A stretch of DNA of 62,205 nucleotides, filler included, from Choristocarpus tenellus KU-1152 (GCA_964200185.2; 11 parts of 11 records of this genome joined end to end with filler, not necessarily neighbours in it); one strand, 5' to 3'; numbered from the whole stretch's first letter, positions 1-12,895 are shown. Numbers and translations: made by a program. The notes: a model not told the origin generated them from the sequence alone.

Positions 1-329
1 GAGGTTGGGGGTGAAGTTGCATATAGATCATGACTGGAGTATCTGCTGTGGTATCGAGTGTGATGTGTGAGTCAGGATCCTCCTGTTTTTGATCATCACT
101 CAACGGGATGAGTGTGTGAAAGGCAAGGTTGTTTTGTGAAGTCTTGGAATGCAGAAGTATGCCAACAACAAGATGAATTGTACAGCACATTCGAAGTGCA
201 ACAAATCTTCACCTTCTAATGGTGTGAGTGAGTTGTGAAAAACATTTTACTGTTGTTGATGCTTTCTGGATAAACATGCTCTGTTTGGGGCTATATGTAT
301 TTGGGGGGTCAATTGGAGTGTGGAACTGC

Positions 330-750
330 TGCAGGCCTGTCAACTTAGTTTTTTTTCTTTACGTGCACAGCAGGGGGCGAAGTGGGGTACTAGTAGATGA
401 TCTGTATGACTGGGTGCATGTGGATAAGAAGTTGTTGTACATCCTCAAAGATGGGCAAGGTGTTTACCTGCACCCCACTGAGGATCTCCCTAAACCCCCA
501 TAGGCGTAGATTAAGTGTTACATTACAAAGGGGAAGGAAGGAAGGCCGAGAAGGCTGAGAAGGCTGGCAACCTCCCTCCGAATGTCCTAGTGGATGCGGT
601 GAAACACTGTGCTGGAATGGAGGTTTGGAGGACTTCAGGGGCAGACTAATAAATAGATGTTGGCTGCCCCATTTTGCTTGAGATTTTGGTGGGCAACCTT
701 TTAGATTCTGCATAATACAACCGTGAAACATGAACATGTGAAAAAAAATG
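330..750 (+). mobile_element. Internally deleted Tc1/mariner remnant, same family as the element at 41456-43060
   Basis: Encodes YDWVHVDKKLLYILKDGQGVYLHPTEDLPKPP, matching HVDEKWFHILKDEQNVCLHPTEDPSEPP near 42300 (-). Bases ~540-750 match the reverse complement of ~41520-41710. Confidence 0.8.
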
Positions 751-1304
751 TTATACATGTCCTCTACTGCATTGCAGCACCACTTCCTTTTCCTTTGGAA
801 CTCATAATGTAGTGGCCACATATGGACATGACCACCTACTTCACAGACAAATGAGTTGGCTGCAGATTCACTTGTGGAATATATTTAGGACTGATGCTGT
901 GCTTAGGTCAAACGTACTTAGAACATACAGATATTGCCATGCAAAATTGAGGTTAATGTTTTTAGGGTTAGGGTTAGGTTTGTTATTATGCAGGAATGCG
1001 TGTCAGTGGAATGAGAAAATTGCTAACCCTATCTCTAACCCTAAACCTCAAAATTTGATGTTGCGAATGTTTCATTTGATGTAATTGCAGTGATGAAATC
1101 AATATTAGAGATTTCACAAGCCTGTCTTCATGTGGTTTTTGTCAGTTTTAAGATTTTGAAAGAGAGAGCTCTAGTCCTAAGCTAATCACTGCAATTGACT
1201 ATTATTGCTACTGTATTCATTATGTTTGAACACTATCCCTAACCCTTTTTCATTTCTTCTTTTGTTATTGCTTTTTGTGTGGATAAATTGAATTATAAAT
1301 ATAG

Positions 1305-4300
1305 ATGTATGAAGGTGGAGGCGGGGATTGGAGACCAGTACCTCTACCGCAGTCTGTTTTCACTGCAGCTGTTTCACTGCCTTAAGTATATCCCCAGAAG
1401 ACAGGTAACTGGGTTAATTTTTGTGTTCATTGTAGATGTAAATGATGGTTTATCAACTATTTCATGCATCACACTCTGAGTCTATTTGATATATCACACT
1501 GTGATAGTCTATTTGTGGTTTATGGTGATTGAGAGGTGCATGCTTGTTTTGCTGATTGCAGTACACACACATACACACAGATATAGACAGACATCAACAC
1601 ATGCATACTTGCTGTGTGAAATGGTGGGAACATGTTAGAGGTAAATTATGTGAAACCCTAACTCTAACGATATGATGATAGGTGTTTGGTTAGTAGATGG
1701 ATGAACTTACTGCGTGGATACCACACTCTGAGTAGGATGTTATATTCATGGAACACCATTATAGAATTGATCTTATATAACCCTAACCCTAGTCGTAATC
1801 CTTACTGTGACTGCTACAGCTCTTGTCTGGGAGGAGATTTAATATAATGTCATGCCATGTTTCTACCACTCTTTTATGAAAAGGTCTTGCCAGTTTCTTT
1901 TAATGGTTCTTGTTCCTTATTCTGTGAATGAAATCGTTTTTTATTGAAAATGTTGCCCTTACACATGTTTCGGAAAAATATGCTAATGTTTACTGCCAGG
2001 TGGTGAAAAAGAGACAAAAAAATAGATGTGAGCTTCTCTCTTTTTATTATGAAATTTGTTTTTTTTAGTTTATTGATGTACTTCGTATGTACATGGGAGT
2101 ATAGTCGGGTCTTGTGGAAATGCAATGCAAAGGGGATTTTTATTTTTTTGAAATTATCTTCTCATTTCCGTTTTGGATCGGAAGCAATCTTGACCTTGTA
2201 GATGACAATCTTGAAGAAATGGGAAAGAAGCAGAGATGTTTTTTGCTAGCGCCAAATATTGTAGGAATTCCCTGATTTTCCACGGGTATAGAGAGGAAGC
2301 TGGAGGCTTGGTTTAACAGTGTGGTGATGGGAACTTAGTTACCGGCGATGTAAGGTATACCCCATGAACTGCCAACAGGTTCTTGTATACCAGCAGTATA
2401 AACATGTGCGTATACCATACTTTAAACCAAAGTCGGTCTCAGTCCTTATGTTCATATTTCTGTCTCTAATGTTGGGGTTAGGGGTAGGGCTCTCTTTGAC
2501 ACTGGCTAGACATCATGGCACACTTTGTGGATGTAAATAATGACTGGGATTGCAGTTTGGAAAAATGTTTTAAGTCTCCTTTGTTACAGCAGTGGATCAA
2601 GGACTATTCCACCTCCTGTTGATTAGAACCCATTATTTTGTGTTATTCATAAAATTACTAACTTTTTGTCTGAGGGTTAAAAGATCGTGATGAAAAGGTA
2701 GCCAAGAGAGAATATATATTACAGTACTTGATAACAATATGCTGAGGAGCATTACATAAGGGGAAGCAAGAGCTCAATGTGGCAAATTGGGGCAGCCAAG
2801 AACCCCCTCAAATCTACCTTCCGTAGGTCTAGGACTAACCCTCCCCTTAAATCCACCCTCTCTAAATTTACCCCGAATGTTGTTTTTTCCAGGTGTTGGT
2901 GATTGAGAATGAGGACCTCCGCCTCAATGGTGAAGATGTCATGGCCAGAATACATGAATTCATAGGTGTGTCTTGGTTAGGGTTAGAGTTGCTGATTGGT
3001 ACAAGATCGTTTCATTGGTTTGATGATGCATCGATAATATGTTTAGGGTTAGGGTTAGGGTTAGGGTTATCTTCTAGGTGCACCACTCAAACGGAATCCA
3101 GTTTATACCAAGGGTTATCATGGTAATGACCACTGTGGTAATGATTATGGTACTTGGACAGTAATCCACTGTACCACAGGACCTTGGTGATAGTAATTGC
3201 TTCTGTATTGTACCGTGGCAATTCCATTATTGCAATACCTTTTCTGTATTAAGGATCCAATGGCAATCCCTACCATGATCTACTCTGGTACTTCCGGAAT
3301 GGCTGAACTGCTACCATCCAGAAAGATATTACGGTAATCTCTAATGTACTGTACCATACCGTACAGTACTATACATACTTGCACATTGTTGTACTGTGGA
3401 CATTCCGGAAATGGCATTAGGAGGGTTAGCAAACCCATACCATGCTGTACATAAAATGGACTTATTGTTCCACATAATAATTGTAGGGTATGGACGGATG
3501 AATTTTACACGTATGTTAATGCTAAGATGTTTTTGTATGGTGCAGTACAGTAATATGATATTATATATTCTACATATTTGCTCCAAGTAATATACAACTC
3601 TCGACATACTTACTATCTTACTATTGTTGTGGACTGGAGTAATCCATTATCTTATTGTTTGTTTACTACCTCTGTGTCATAAGTTTGTCATAAGTTTGTC
3701 ATAACTTTGTGCCGTGAAACATGTGGGTTCGCTGAGTGAGAACGGTGCTGAATTGAACGATATCCCCACGGAATGAAATTGGGTTGGCAATCTCAGCTTT
3801 CCGAGAAGGTGGGTGTCGAGATTCATCGAGTACAAAGTCGAGGTGCTTCAAGCCGTCAAAGTAGGGGTCCTTGGGGGTGATTTGGAGGCCAGAACTGGGC
3901 ATGTCGAGGGTCAGAACGTCGGCAACCCCCCCATCTACCCCTCTGCGTAGCAAGGTGCCCAAGTGTCCCTGAATACCAGGGTTGTGCTTGTAGTGCGGCA
4001 CGCCCTCGCGATGGTCCCTGGTGAGCATTAGCTGCCACGACATGTTGGGCCGACCCTTGCAGCGGAGTTTGGAGTGTCTTGAGCGTTACATGCGAGGGCT
4101 CTGGGAAGATGTTACCAATCAGCTCGCCCATGGCCACACGCTTGACCTAGGGGTGGCGGCAGGTAGTGGGCGGCCTTCGGAGCTCACACCGACCAAGATG
4201 GCAACAATACATAGTATCAACTCTAATAATCGATCATCCACAGTACGTCAGGTGACAATGAAGATGGATTCCAAGGGGCTGAATTGTAGCATGAGCACCA

Positions 4301-7300
4301 TAAACAGGTGGTTGGATGATGTGGGGGCCATGTTGAATCGCCGCTGGATCAAACTCAAGCTTAAATTGTGGCAAAAGGTATGGAGAAAGGACTTTGTTTG
4401 CGATCAAGTGGACCGGAAACATGGTGTGTACGCCTCCATGGCGAACACGATCCTTGTGACTGAAACCTGGTTTTACGTGATGACTAATGGGGAAAGGGTT
4501 AGAGTATTTCTGCATGAGGATGATAGTGACCTTCCACGGTCCCCTATTGTGCAGCACAAGAGTCAAATCCCAAAAACATGGTCGTTGCAGCCAACGCCGG
4601 CCCAGACTCGGCTGACAGCTTTGATGGAAAGCTTGGTGTTTGGTGTGTTTGTGCACCAAAAAGAGCAGACAGGACAAGCAAGAACCAAATATAGGGGATG
4701 TATATGAGCAGGACTGTACTTTAGACCATTTGTGGTACAGGAAGTGATGCACGGAGGAGTTTACACTTGCAATCAAGACCAAGATGCCTTGGTTGCAGGG
4801 GAAGCATATTGTCGTTCAGCAAGACAGTGCCACCCTCCACACAAGCAAGGGCAACTCAGAAATATTGTCAGGGGCAGGGAAGACTGAGGGGTGGTCAATT
4901 AGGCTTGTGACACAGTCATCTATATCCCCCGACCTCAATACCATGGACCTCTCCTTCTTCAGGTCTTTGAAATATTGGGTGATGGGGGAGCCGTTTGGGT
5001 CCGTCAAGGAGATGGTGAAGGTCATTAAGAAACAGTATGAGGAGTATGATGAAGCCACACTTGAGAGGGCTTGGCAGCTCCTTCTTGTGGTTTACAATCA
5101 AGTACTTAGATACAAAGAGGGGAATGACTTCAGTGTGGAGCACACAGGGGTAAGGAAGAGGCAGTTGTCTGGTGAGCTTGAAAACATGCCAAAGGTAAAC
5201 ATGAAGGCTTTTTCTGTCGCTGATAAAATTGTGATGGATTGAGTAATAATAATAAAAAGAACTGACCCTAACCCAAATTGCGTCAAGGATTCCAAAACTT
5301 TATCAGAAATGAATTCATCTATAAGAGTTATGGGCAACGCAGCACAAACCTATGGCACGGAGGTAGTATATATTTTATTTTTTATGGTTAGGGTTGTGTG
5401 TTGTAGACTATTACTCCATCGCACTTTAACAGATCAAGTATATGATACAGCATTACAGTACAGTTAAGGGTTAGAGTTAGCAGACACGTGACAAAAATCA
5501 GTAGGTAATTTGTATCTTTATTTTGGAGATTCTGTCAACATCTCATCAGAGGGGCCTCCTGCAGAGTGTGTAATGGTCACATGTGGAAGATACCTCAATC
5601 ACTATGGAAAACTGTGGAACCAGTGCACCATTTAAACCTTGCAGCCCGAATGTCAACTGACCTTTGGAAAAGGCGGACTTACCCATTTTATACAATTCAA
5701 GATTACTTTCATAAAGTATTTCATAAAGTGAATTCTTCTTCCGCACCTTCATTTTTCCAGAATCACTCTTAACATACCTCGTGGCACAATTTGACGGTGG
5801 AAAGGTTACCATACCATACCGTGTTTTTCCAATAATTCCATTACAGTATCATACAATTCATTTGATTGTAGGGTTAGGGTTAGATTGTAGGCTTCTTACC
5901 GTACAAATCCGCGTTTTTTTCAAAAATTCGGTTACTGTGTTGACGTGTGACATCATTACTATGACAAGCCTTGGTTTAGTTGTTGGGATTGAAGTATTGT
6001 TTATATGCTGTATGTAGTTCTTTCACTTTTTGAATCTATACCCTTATCCCGAAGGAAGTATTCTTTGTAGGCATATGACATCTAAATACCATGGGGATAA
6101 TTGCTTATGAGAATTGAAGATCTACTACTGCATCTGGTACCAAATTAGTGAGAAAAGCTGTTGAATAATGTAAGAAGTCAAATTCAGTCTGTCTCAAGTG
6201 TTATGTATACGTCGTTTTCGTGTCAATTTATGGCTTTAATAATTCAGGTGTGCCATCTCACACGTACCCATCCATGGAAAAAGAGGCCATCAAGGAACAC
6301 CTCAACATCAAGTACCCAGACTTTGAGAAGCGAACAGGGTGGCGTCTGGATAGTGAGTACGAAGAGCAGCTTCCAGAGAATCTGGTCCAGGAGGTGAGTG
6401 GCAGTGGTTTTAGTAGGACTGTGGTTGTGTGATACATATGGTAACCCTAATAAGAAAGAAACGTTGATGGCATGTGTCAGATTGGTTACACCGCTGGCAG
6501 CATATACCGTGAACTACGAACAAACTCTGCCAACTTAGAGTTATGATATGAGGTAGTCAAGAATTTCCTAGATTGGTCGGCAGCCCACCCTTAGACTGGT
6601 CGCGTTTCAAGGTGCTAGTCAGTGGATCTCTGCCTTGCTGAAGCAACCTCTGTGTGCATCCATTTTATAAATGACTTTGTTTGATCCTATCTTCATTGTT
6701 ATTGTTGTTAGGGTTAGGGTTATGATTATGAAATGGGCCTGGGTCTTTAGTTTAACCTGATATGTCCATTTCTTGTAAGGTTTGATGTGGAATAGAAGAG
6801 GGGATGCCCTACCCTAACCCTAATCCATCCAAGAGAGGGGTGCGTGATTCTCGTGTTGTGAAATTTTTCTTTTGGACCTCTCTCGCCTTACAGACACATA
6901 GTACGTTCCTGCAGATTTTCTTGGTGCAGTGAAGCTGAGGGTTGGAGTTTAGGTTTAGGTTAAAGTTAAGGTCAACTTGTTTTACGCACACTTTGTTCAC
7001 ATTCAATTTCCATGAAATCATATTTTTGTTGTGGAGGCTGCGTGGCTAGTGTTTGGATTAGGCTTGTTGACATCCATCTCATGTTCTTTGATTTTTTCTG
7101 TTCTCTGGTTGGGCAGTGGAGGTGTTTGGCAACTATATGATGCTGGATTGTGTATCCCTATCCCTATGAGGGGACAAGTTATCACTTTATTGGACTTTTG
7201 TTTAGTGTTAGGGCTAGGTCTACAATCGGGTAGTGTACTTAGGATTATGGTCATCCTTATCAAGGGCTTGGAATTTTTGCTAATGTTTGCCAAACATACC

Positions 7301-8338
7301 CATTATGTAGAAATGACGTGAAATTGTATCCTTGTGCTCACTCTGGCAAAGGTTTGGTTTACGGAGTTCTGGAAGGCCATGATGGAAAACATCTGTCTTG
7401 AAATCCGCCGTACATTTAGGATTTCTGCCTTCTTGCAATAGGGTCAAGTTGATGTAATTCTTTTGCATTGCGGAATAGAAATGCACTACTCTCAAGTCTC
7501 AGTGGAGTCTAATGCCTTTCAGTTCTAGTGCTTGTTGCAAAGAGGCTGGGCTATGGATCTCTGCTCTCATGCCCTCATTTGTTTCCGCTTTGTTAGGGGA
7601 TAGATTTTGTTATGATCGCTCACCAGAGACCTCCAGGGTCTCATAGATGAATCAATAGTACTGGATGAAGCATATAGGAGGAGATACATGCATGTACTGT
7701 AATTGTTGGAGCAGTTGCTGCTGACGTTCTGTGTTGTGGAAGCGCTGATTATTGGTGATTGTATTACAGCAGACTTGTGAAGTGAACGTAATGGGCTAGG
7801 GTTATGGCTAGGTGGAGAAATCCTTTTGACTGTGTGTGGAACAAAAATAGTATTAGTACCAATAATACAGGTGATACTATTGGCCAAATTGTGTAATTGA
7901 TGATACTGTTCTTGGTCTATGTGTTTGTTGTGTTGCCACAACCTCCTCCTCTTTAACGTAGGTGCTACTCTGGTCCCATAATCAAATACTTCATCCAACT
8001 TTGGGATAACATCATTTTCAACTATTGCATTATTTTTCGTACAAAGATATTGTGGTGCATTGCACATACTGCTAGAAGTAAATTGTCTTCCTTTGTGTAC
8101 TGACTTTAGTCCAAGAAAGGTTCATGGCTTATGATACTACCAACTTCCCATGTGCCATTCCTGTGAAAAAAAATGATAAATACACATTTGGAAACAGCTT
8201 AAGATGTTCATGAAACCTCACATGGACATGCTGGCTAGACTACTTGGCCAGGACCTTGGAGATTGGGCTGTAGACTCAGCCAATGGAGGCCATGCCATGG
8301 GGGAAGGAACGTGGGGAAGCAAGCTTGGAGGTGGATAG
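1305..8338 (+). CDS. Sulfotransferase (heparan sulfate 3-O-sulfotransferase-like, Sulfotransfer_1 type), last four exons; 5' part outside the window
   Basis: Phase-compatible AG/GT exons 1305-1404, 2893-2965, 6248-6393 and 8198-8338 (TAG). They give ...YRSLFSLQLFHCLKYIPRRQ|VLVIENEDLRLNGEDVMARIHEFIG|VPSHTY...ENLVQE|LKMFMKPHMDMLARLLGQDLGDW, matching the HS3ST-type C-terminal pattern (Y..QL..W...FP..QI....EDL...V..FLG...L..FF.P.N..L..LLG). Confidence 0.85.
3043..3069 (+). repeat. Interstitial telomere-like (TTAGGG)n tract; longest of many short TTAGGG/CCCTAA tracts in the window
   Basis: ttagggttagggttagggttagggtta. Similar tracts near 961, 1778, 2977, 5867, 6708, 6811, 8510, 17813, 26826, 31576, 37889, 59198 and 59542. 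Confidence 0.9.
3666..5366 (+). mobile_element. Full-length decayed Tc1/mariner DNA transposon (plant/oomycete mariner-like) inside a sulfotransferase intron
   Basis: TIRs CTACCTCTGTGTCATAAGTTTGT / GCACAAACCTATGGCACGGAGGTAG, with TA on both sides (3664-65, 5367-68). Frameshifted transposase ORFs 4021-4707 and 4784-5242 carry ETWFY, QQDSATLH and SPDLNTMDLSFF motifs. Confidence 0.93.
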
Positions 8339-11134
8339 GAAGGCGCAGTGTGAAGAGTACTGATGTACTGATTTGCTGATGTGATGGCGTACCAAGGTTG
8401 CATTGAGATTGCAAGATAAGATCCTTAATAGAAATTTTGTTTCAGTTTTTTTTTTGCTCATTGCAAGATGTAGAATATTCCAGTGATGTAATGGTGTATC
8501 TTGTCCTGTACTAACCCTAACCCTAAGATGAGAAGCACAGCAAGAGGTAGTGGAGATCCTGCCCTACCTTCCAACCGGCAGGGATATAATCAAGTGCTTT
8601 GTGCCATGCTCGACCTCTACGTCCCCTGATAATTAAGACTTGTGTGATGGAAACCATTAGCTGTGAGTTTGTATTATTGTTATCCAAAGTACCCATATTC
8701 CCTGTGAAGCAAAGTTCAATATTGCCCTGCTTGATCGTCCTACTGATTCATGAGAGAGGGATCGATACTAGCCTTGGAAATGTGCACAATATCCATCTGT
8801 GGTTTGCTCGTGTCGTAAACACCTGCCAAAAAGCACTTGGAGGAGATTTGGGATCATCATGACCCAAGGCATGTCGAGTTTAATGTTCAAATAGTGAGAG
8901 TTTAGAGTTTCCTATCAAGTTTGGAATCCTGTTGTTAGGGCTCTCCACGTGATCGTGATTCAGAAACTTGTACTGTGTTGGCTACCACATGGAGTTACCC
9001 CTGTATAACATCTTGCTTTCGTTGCTCGCTGTTTCATTGGTCTCTCTTGTACCACTTTGAACATTTGATAAGCACTGATTTGATGAGAAATAGTTCCGAC
9101 ATATGTGTTAATCTGTCCAAGTGGGTGCCAAGTGAGTGCCAAGTGAGTGCCAGGTGGCATACCTGAATAACGTATTCTGGAATAGTTCAAATAGTGGTAT
9201 TGATAATCTATTTGTGGTGTTAGCACAATATTCTAATTTTTAGTAATACACTCGAACTTGCCTTGTATAGAAGGTGTACTTACACCATTGGGAGGGGATC
9301 GTCCATATATTCCTTGTTTCCCTCCACTGGCAATGAGATTTCACATTCGAGACAGTGGTGGTCTAGTTGGTGAGAAGTCCCAACAATTTATTGGAAGTGA
9401 AACCAGTTAATGTCTCACAGACATACACTACTTGAGAAATAGTATATTGTACACATCTATACAGATGAGCAGATGAGCACAATCAGAGGAGAGAGAGACT
9501 TACACAATTGATGAAACAAGTCCGCCGAAAGGAGAAGTGGATGACTGCTGAGATGAAGGAGAGGGCTCAACAACTGCAAGTCCATCTTTAGAAAAGGCGC
9601 TTATGAATGCTGGTGCAAGAGAATGGGTGTAACAACTAGAGCTTAAACCAAATTTTTCGTCACACCCTTAGTCTTATGTCGCAGCATCATCAGTTTTTAT
9701 CTACCTCAAATCAAATTGATCATTACCGAAATATCTAGGCGGAGAGACAAAACAAAGGAATTTTTGCAATATATCAACCCCGAACTTTGAAAAGTAGGCT
9801 CAAAATTTTCAAAGTTTGGAGAGGATTAAATTTTCTAGTGTGGACCGACATGATTGTGTAGTTAAGCTTTTCCCGCTCTTGATACATTATTTCTGGTGAG
9901 TCATGCTAGGAGACAAGGTTCGTTATTTTAAGGGCTTGTTATGGTACGTATGCAGGTGTGTGTATGCTCTTGCCATTTGTTGGTCACGTTTTTAAACCTT
10001 TGTCGATGATATCATAGTTTGTTTGTGTTCGAGGATAGAGCAGCAGTGTGACGCACTGACTTCCTCTTGAAGATGATCTGAAGATGGAGCTTGTCATAAC
10101 CAGCAACTTACTGGAAGTATGTTGCTAATTGCATATTAATTATGGATAAAAAGATGGCAACAAGGGGGGAAAAAATGCGGTTTTTTGTGTGCTCTGTAGG
10201 AAAGGTAAAGGGAAGAGTTTGGAAACGTGCTCCTCATTGATCATGGGATGCCTTGGTGTTGATTGTCTTGCTGCTCGCTGTTTGTTGGAGATTAGTTGGA
10301 TGATATGTTAGGAAGGAGAAGGGTGGATATATATTGTATATTAGTGTTAGTATTGTTCCTTCAAGATTCCTGTGCTATACAAGGTACACTTAGTCTTGCC
10401 AACGTTATTGAACCATTGTATCATATTGGTATCGATCTGTCTCCTCGATCGTTTTCCTCCTAATTGAAATATTTGATGGGTGCCCACGCATTTCGTACAC
10501 TTATCAGCCAACAAGATGGATAGTGCCACCCAAAGATGGAACTAATGTACCTATTAATACATGGCATCTTCATACACAGATCATTAGTTGGACGCTGCCT
10601 CAAAAATCCTCCCTCTCCCCATTAATAGAAGGTGCAAAATTATCCCCCAACACTTCATGTATAGAAGAGATAAATACAGGAGTATTTCCAAATATTATAG
10701 AGGGATTATTCCCAAGCAGAGGGGGCGACCATACAACTCCAAAACACTATGCTTAATGGAATCAATTCCTATCCATTCGTATACTAGAAACAAATGCGGG
10801 TTAAGACCATCTCCCATATGTACGTACGTTTTGTTTGCTGTTTGGTTTTGCTTTTTGGTGAAAACTGAATGGGAAAAAGAGAGCTGTGAAAAATGCGAGA
10901 GAAGACATTCATACAGTAGATTTCATTTCGACTATACCGACGCCTTGAATTGTACAAACAAGACTTCCCAATATCACCATCACACCACTCCACTGTAAAT
11001 TGCTACGAATATAGTGTATTATGCAATTTAAAAGAAGAGGCGTGGAGTATTCCAATAAGTGTCATACATTATCGAATGCAAATTTTTTAAAGCAGTAGCT
11101 AATATTTTTAGCAATATGCTTGTCTTCCATTCCA

Positions 11135-11200
11135 CATGAGCCCGATATATTATTTTTAGATGAACCTTCTTCTGGAGTGGATGTTGAGATGCGTAAATCG
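11135..11200 (+). pseudogene. Fragment of a bacterial-type ABC transporter ATP-binding gene (Walker B/D-loop)
   Basis: Translates to HEPDILFLDEPSSGVDVEMRKS with AT-rich codons; no flanking splice signals. Confidence 0.8.
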
Positions 11201-11298
11201 ACGCATTTTCCTGACAATATCATATGGAGCTATAAAATTTATTATGTTTTTTGATGATAATGTTAGCCTGAAAGAATCCTCTTTCTCTATTATTCCAA

Positions 11299-11406
11299 TT
11301 TCAGAACAGTATGACTATCCCTAGCCTTTACATGAATGCAATCTAAATATAATATCGGATACACCTCATCTAAAGCTCTATTTTGCCATCTGGATACTTC
11401 TTCGTT
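11299..11406 (-). mobile_element. IS256-family transposase fragment (central region)
   Basis: Reverse strand reads NEEVSRWQNRALDEVYPILYLDCIHVKARDSHTVLK, the IS256 W..R.L...YP..YLD motif. Confidence 0.85.
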
Positions 11407-11504
11407 TATTTAATCAACTCAAAAAGCAAGTAGTAGAAAGAATGCTAGAAAGTGAACTAGATCACGATCTTGGATACACTAAGCATAGCAAGAATCCTAA
11501 ACCA
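11406..11504 (+). mobile_element. IS256-family transposase fragment (N-terminal region)
   Basis: Reads LFNQLKKQVVERMLESELDHDLGYTKHSKNPKP, the IS256 N-terminal ER.L..EL..HLGY.KH motif. Confidence 0.85.
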
Positions 11505-11895
11505 GTGCTCTATAAATCATCTTTTGTTTCTCCTCCCCCAAAACTGCATTACAAATCATCTACACACTAAATATAACCCTTTACAAACAAACACTTCTTC
11601 AGGTACACTCCTCCAATTCATATTTCTGGAACAAAAATATCAGATTTTTTTTCACTTGACACAAAAAATAAAATCTCTACCATTTATCCAAACATATCCA
11701 AAGATGATAGGACAGGGTGGGTGATGCACCAGTGTTACATGGGTTAAGTGTTCTAGTAGTTGATCAAAAAGAGACTCTTTTACTGGACTTTTCAACTGCC
11801 CACTTAAACAAAAAACATTATTTATTAAAAAAAAATCTTAGTCAGGCAGCCAGGAGAGAGCGTCCTTGTCCCTGGACCATGGACACCGCTCCTGC

Positions 11896-11979
11896 CTTGA
11901 TCTTGATTTGATCTGATTTTGATCTTGATTTGATCTTGATTTGATCTGATTTTGATCTTGATTTGATTTTGATTTGATT
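11896..11979. repeat. TTGAT-based microsatellite with a 33-bp higher-order period
   Basis: cttgatcttgatttgatctgattttgat repeated; the minus-strand translation shows IKIKSRSKSDQ twice. Confidence 0.85.
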
Positions 11980-12795
11980 ATAATTTGAGGGCAGGAAATA
12001 TGTTTTCAGAGTTTGTATACACAGAGAGTGAATGTTTGCACCAATCAAAATAGGCGTTTTTGTACAAATCTCGACAAAAAAAGGCGTTCTCACATTTTGG
12101 GACCCTCAGCCTATCAGATCAAAAACAAAAAATATATATTGCTTATCATAAAATAAAAATGCAACAGGCACAGATATTGTATGTAATCAATGCCATATAC
12201 AGAACAAAAAAAAAAGGCAATGTGGTTCCACTAGTCGTTTCTTAAAAAAAAAAAACAATATTTCGAAATTGATACTAAAAAAAAGAAGAAAAATACGATT
12301 CGGTAGCAAAAAAAAAATCAAAAAATATTTTCACAAAAAAATGCGATTCTTGTTTTGTTTCTTCGAACTGAATTTGAATTATCAAAGAAAATTATCTCGA
12401 AAGAAAAAAAAAACTATACCCAAAACACACTACATTAATCCCCCTTCCACACAATAGCAGAACTACTTGCCAGAAACAAACACCATCCGGAAAAGGAGGT
12501 GTAGTTACCATATGTATCCAAGTACGGCCCTCACCACAAACTGTGTCAGCTGCAACCCTGCCAGATACGGCCCCCACCATGAATTCATACCAAGTGCGGT
12601 GAACACATAGTGTAGATAGACAAGGACATGCACAAGTGAGTTGAGCATGATAGGCAGATACATGTCCCCATTGAAGTCTATCAGTTACAGGGATTTATCC
12701 ACAACCAGGGGGTGGGGGGTGGGGGGTGGGGGGAGGGGGACGAAGGGGAATGTGAGTGTTGTGTGTGTATGTATGTATATATATGTGTGTGTGTG

Positions 12796-12895
12796 NNNNN
12801 NNNNNNNNNNNNNNNNNNNNNNNNNNNNNNNNNNNNNNNTTAATTAATTAANNNNNNNNNNNNNNNNNNNNNNNNNNNNNNNNNNNNNNNNNNNN
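12796..12895. other. Artificial contig linker (N44-TTAATTAATTAA-N44). Identical linkers at 16335, 24788, 29264, 34002, 38964, 47607, 53438, 56496 and 59398
   Basis: Ten identical 100-bp spacers containing stop codons in all six frames. Confidence 0.99.

Noticed and set aside
3043-3069. Possible true telomere
   Set aside because: Only ~4.5 units, intronic, with similar tracts in both orientations across the window.
9783-9838. 11-bp hairpin followed by CTAG, resembling a Helitron 3' end
   Set aside because: The stem is AT-rich and further from CTAG than typical; no second copy or 5' TC end was found.
12796-12895. Recurrent TTAATTAATTAA palindrome between N runs
   Set aside because: Artificial contig linker with six-frame stops; not biological. 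Genes on either side are not neighbours.
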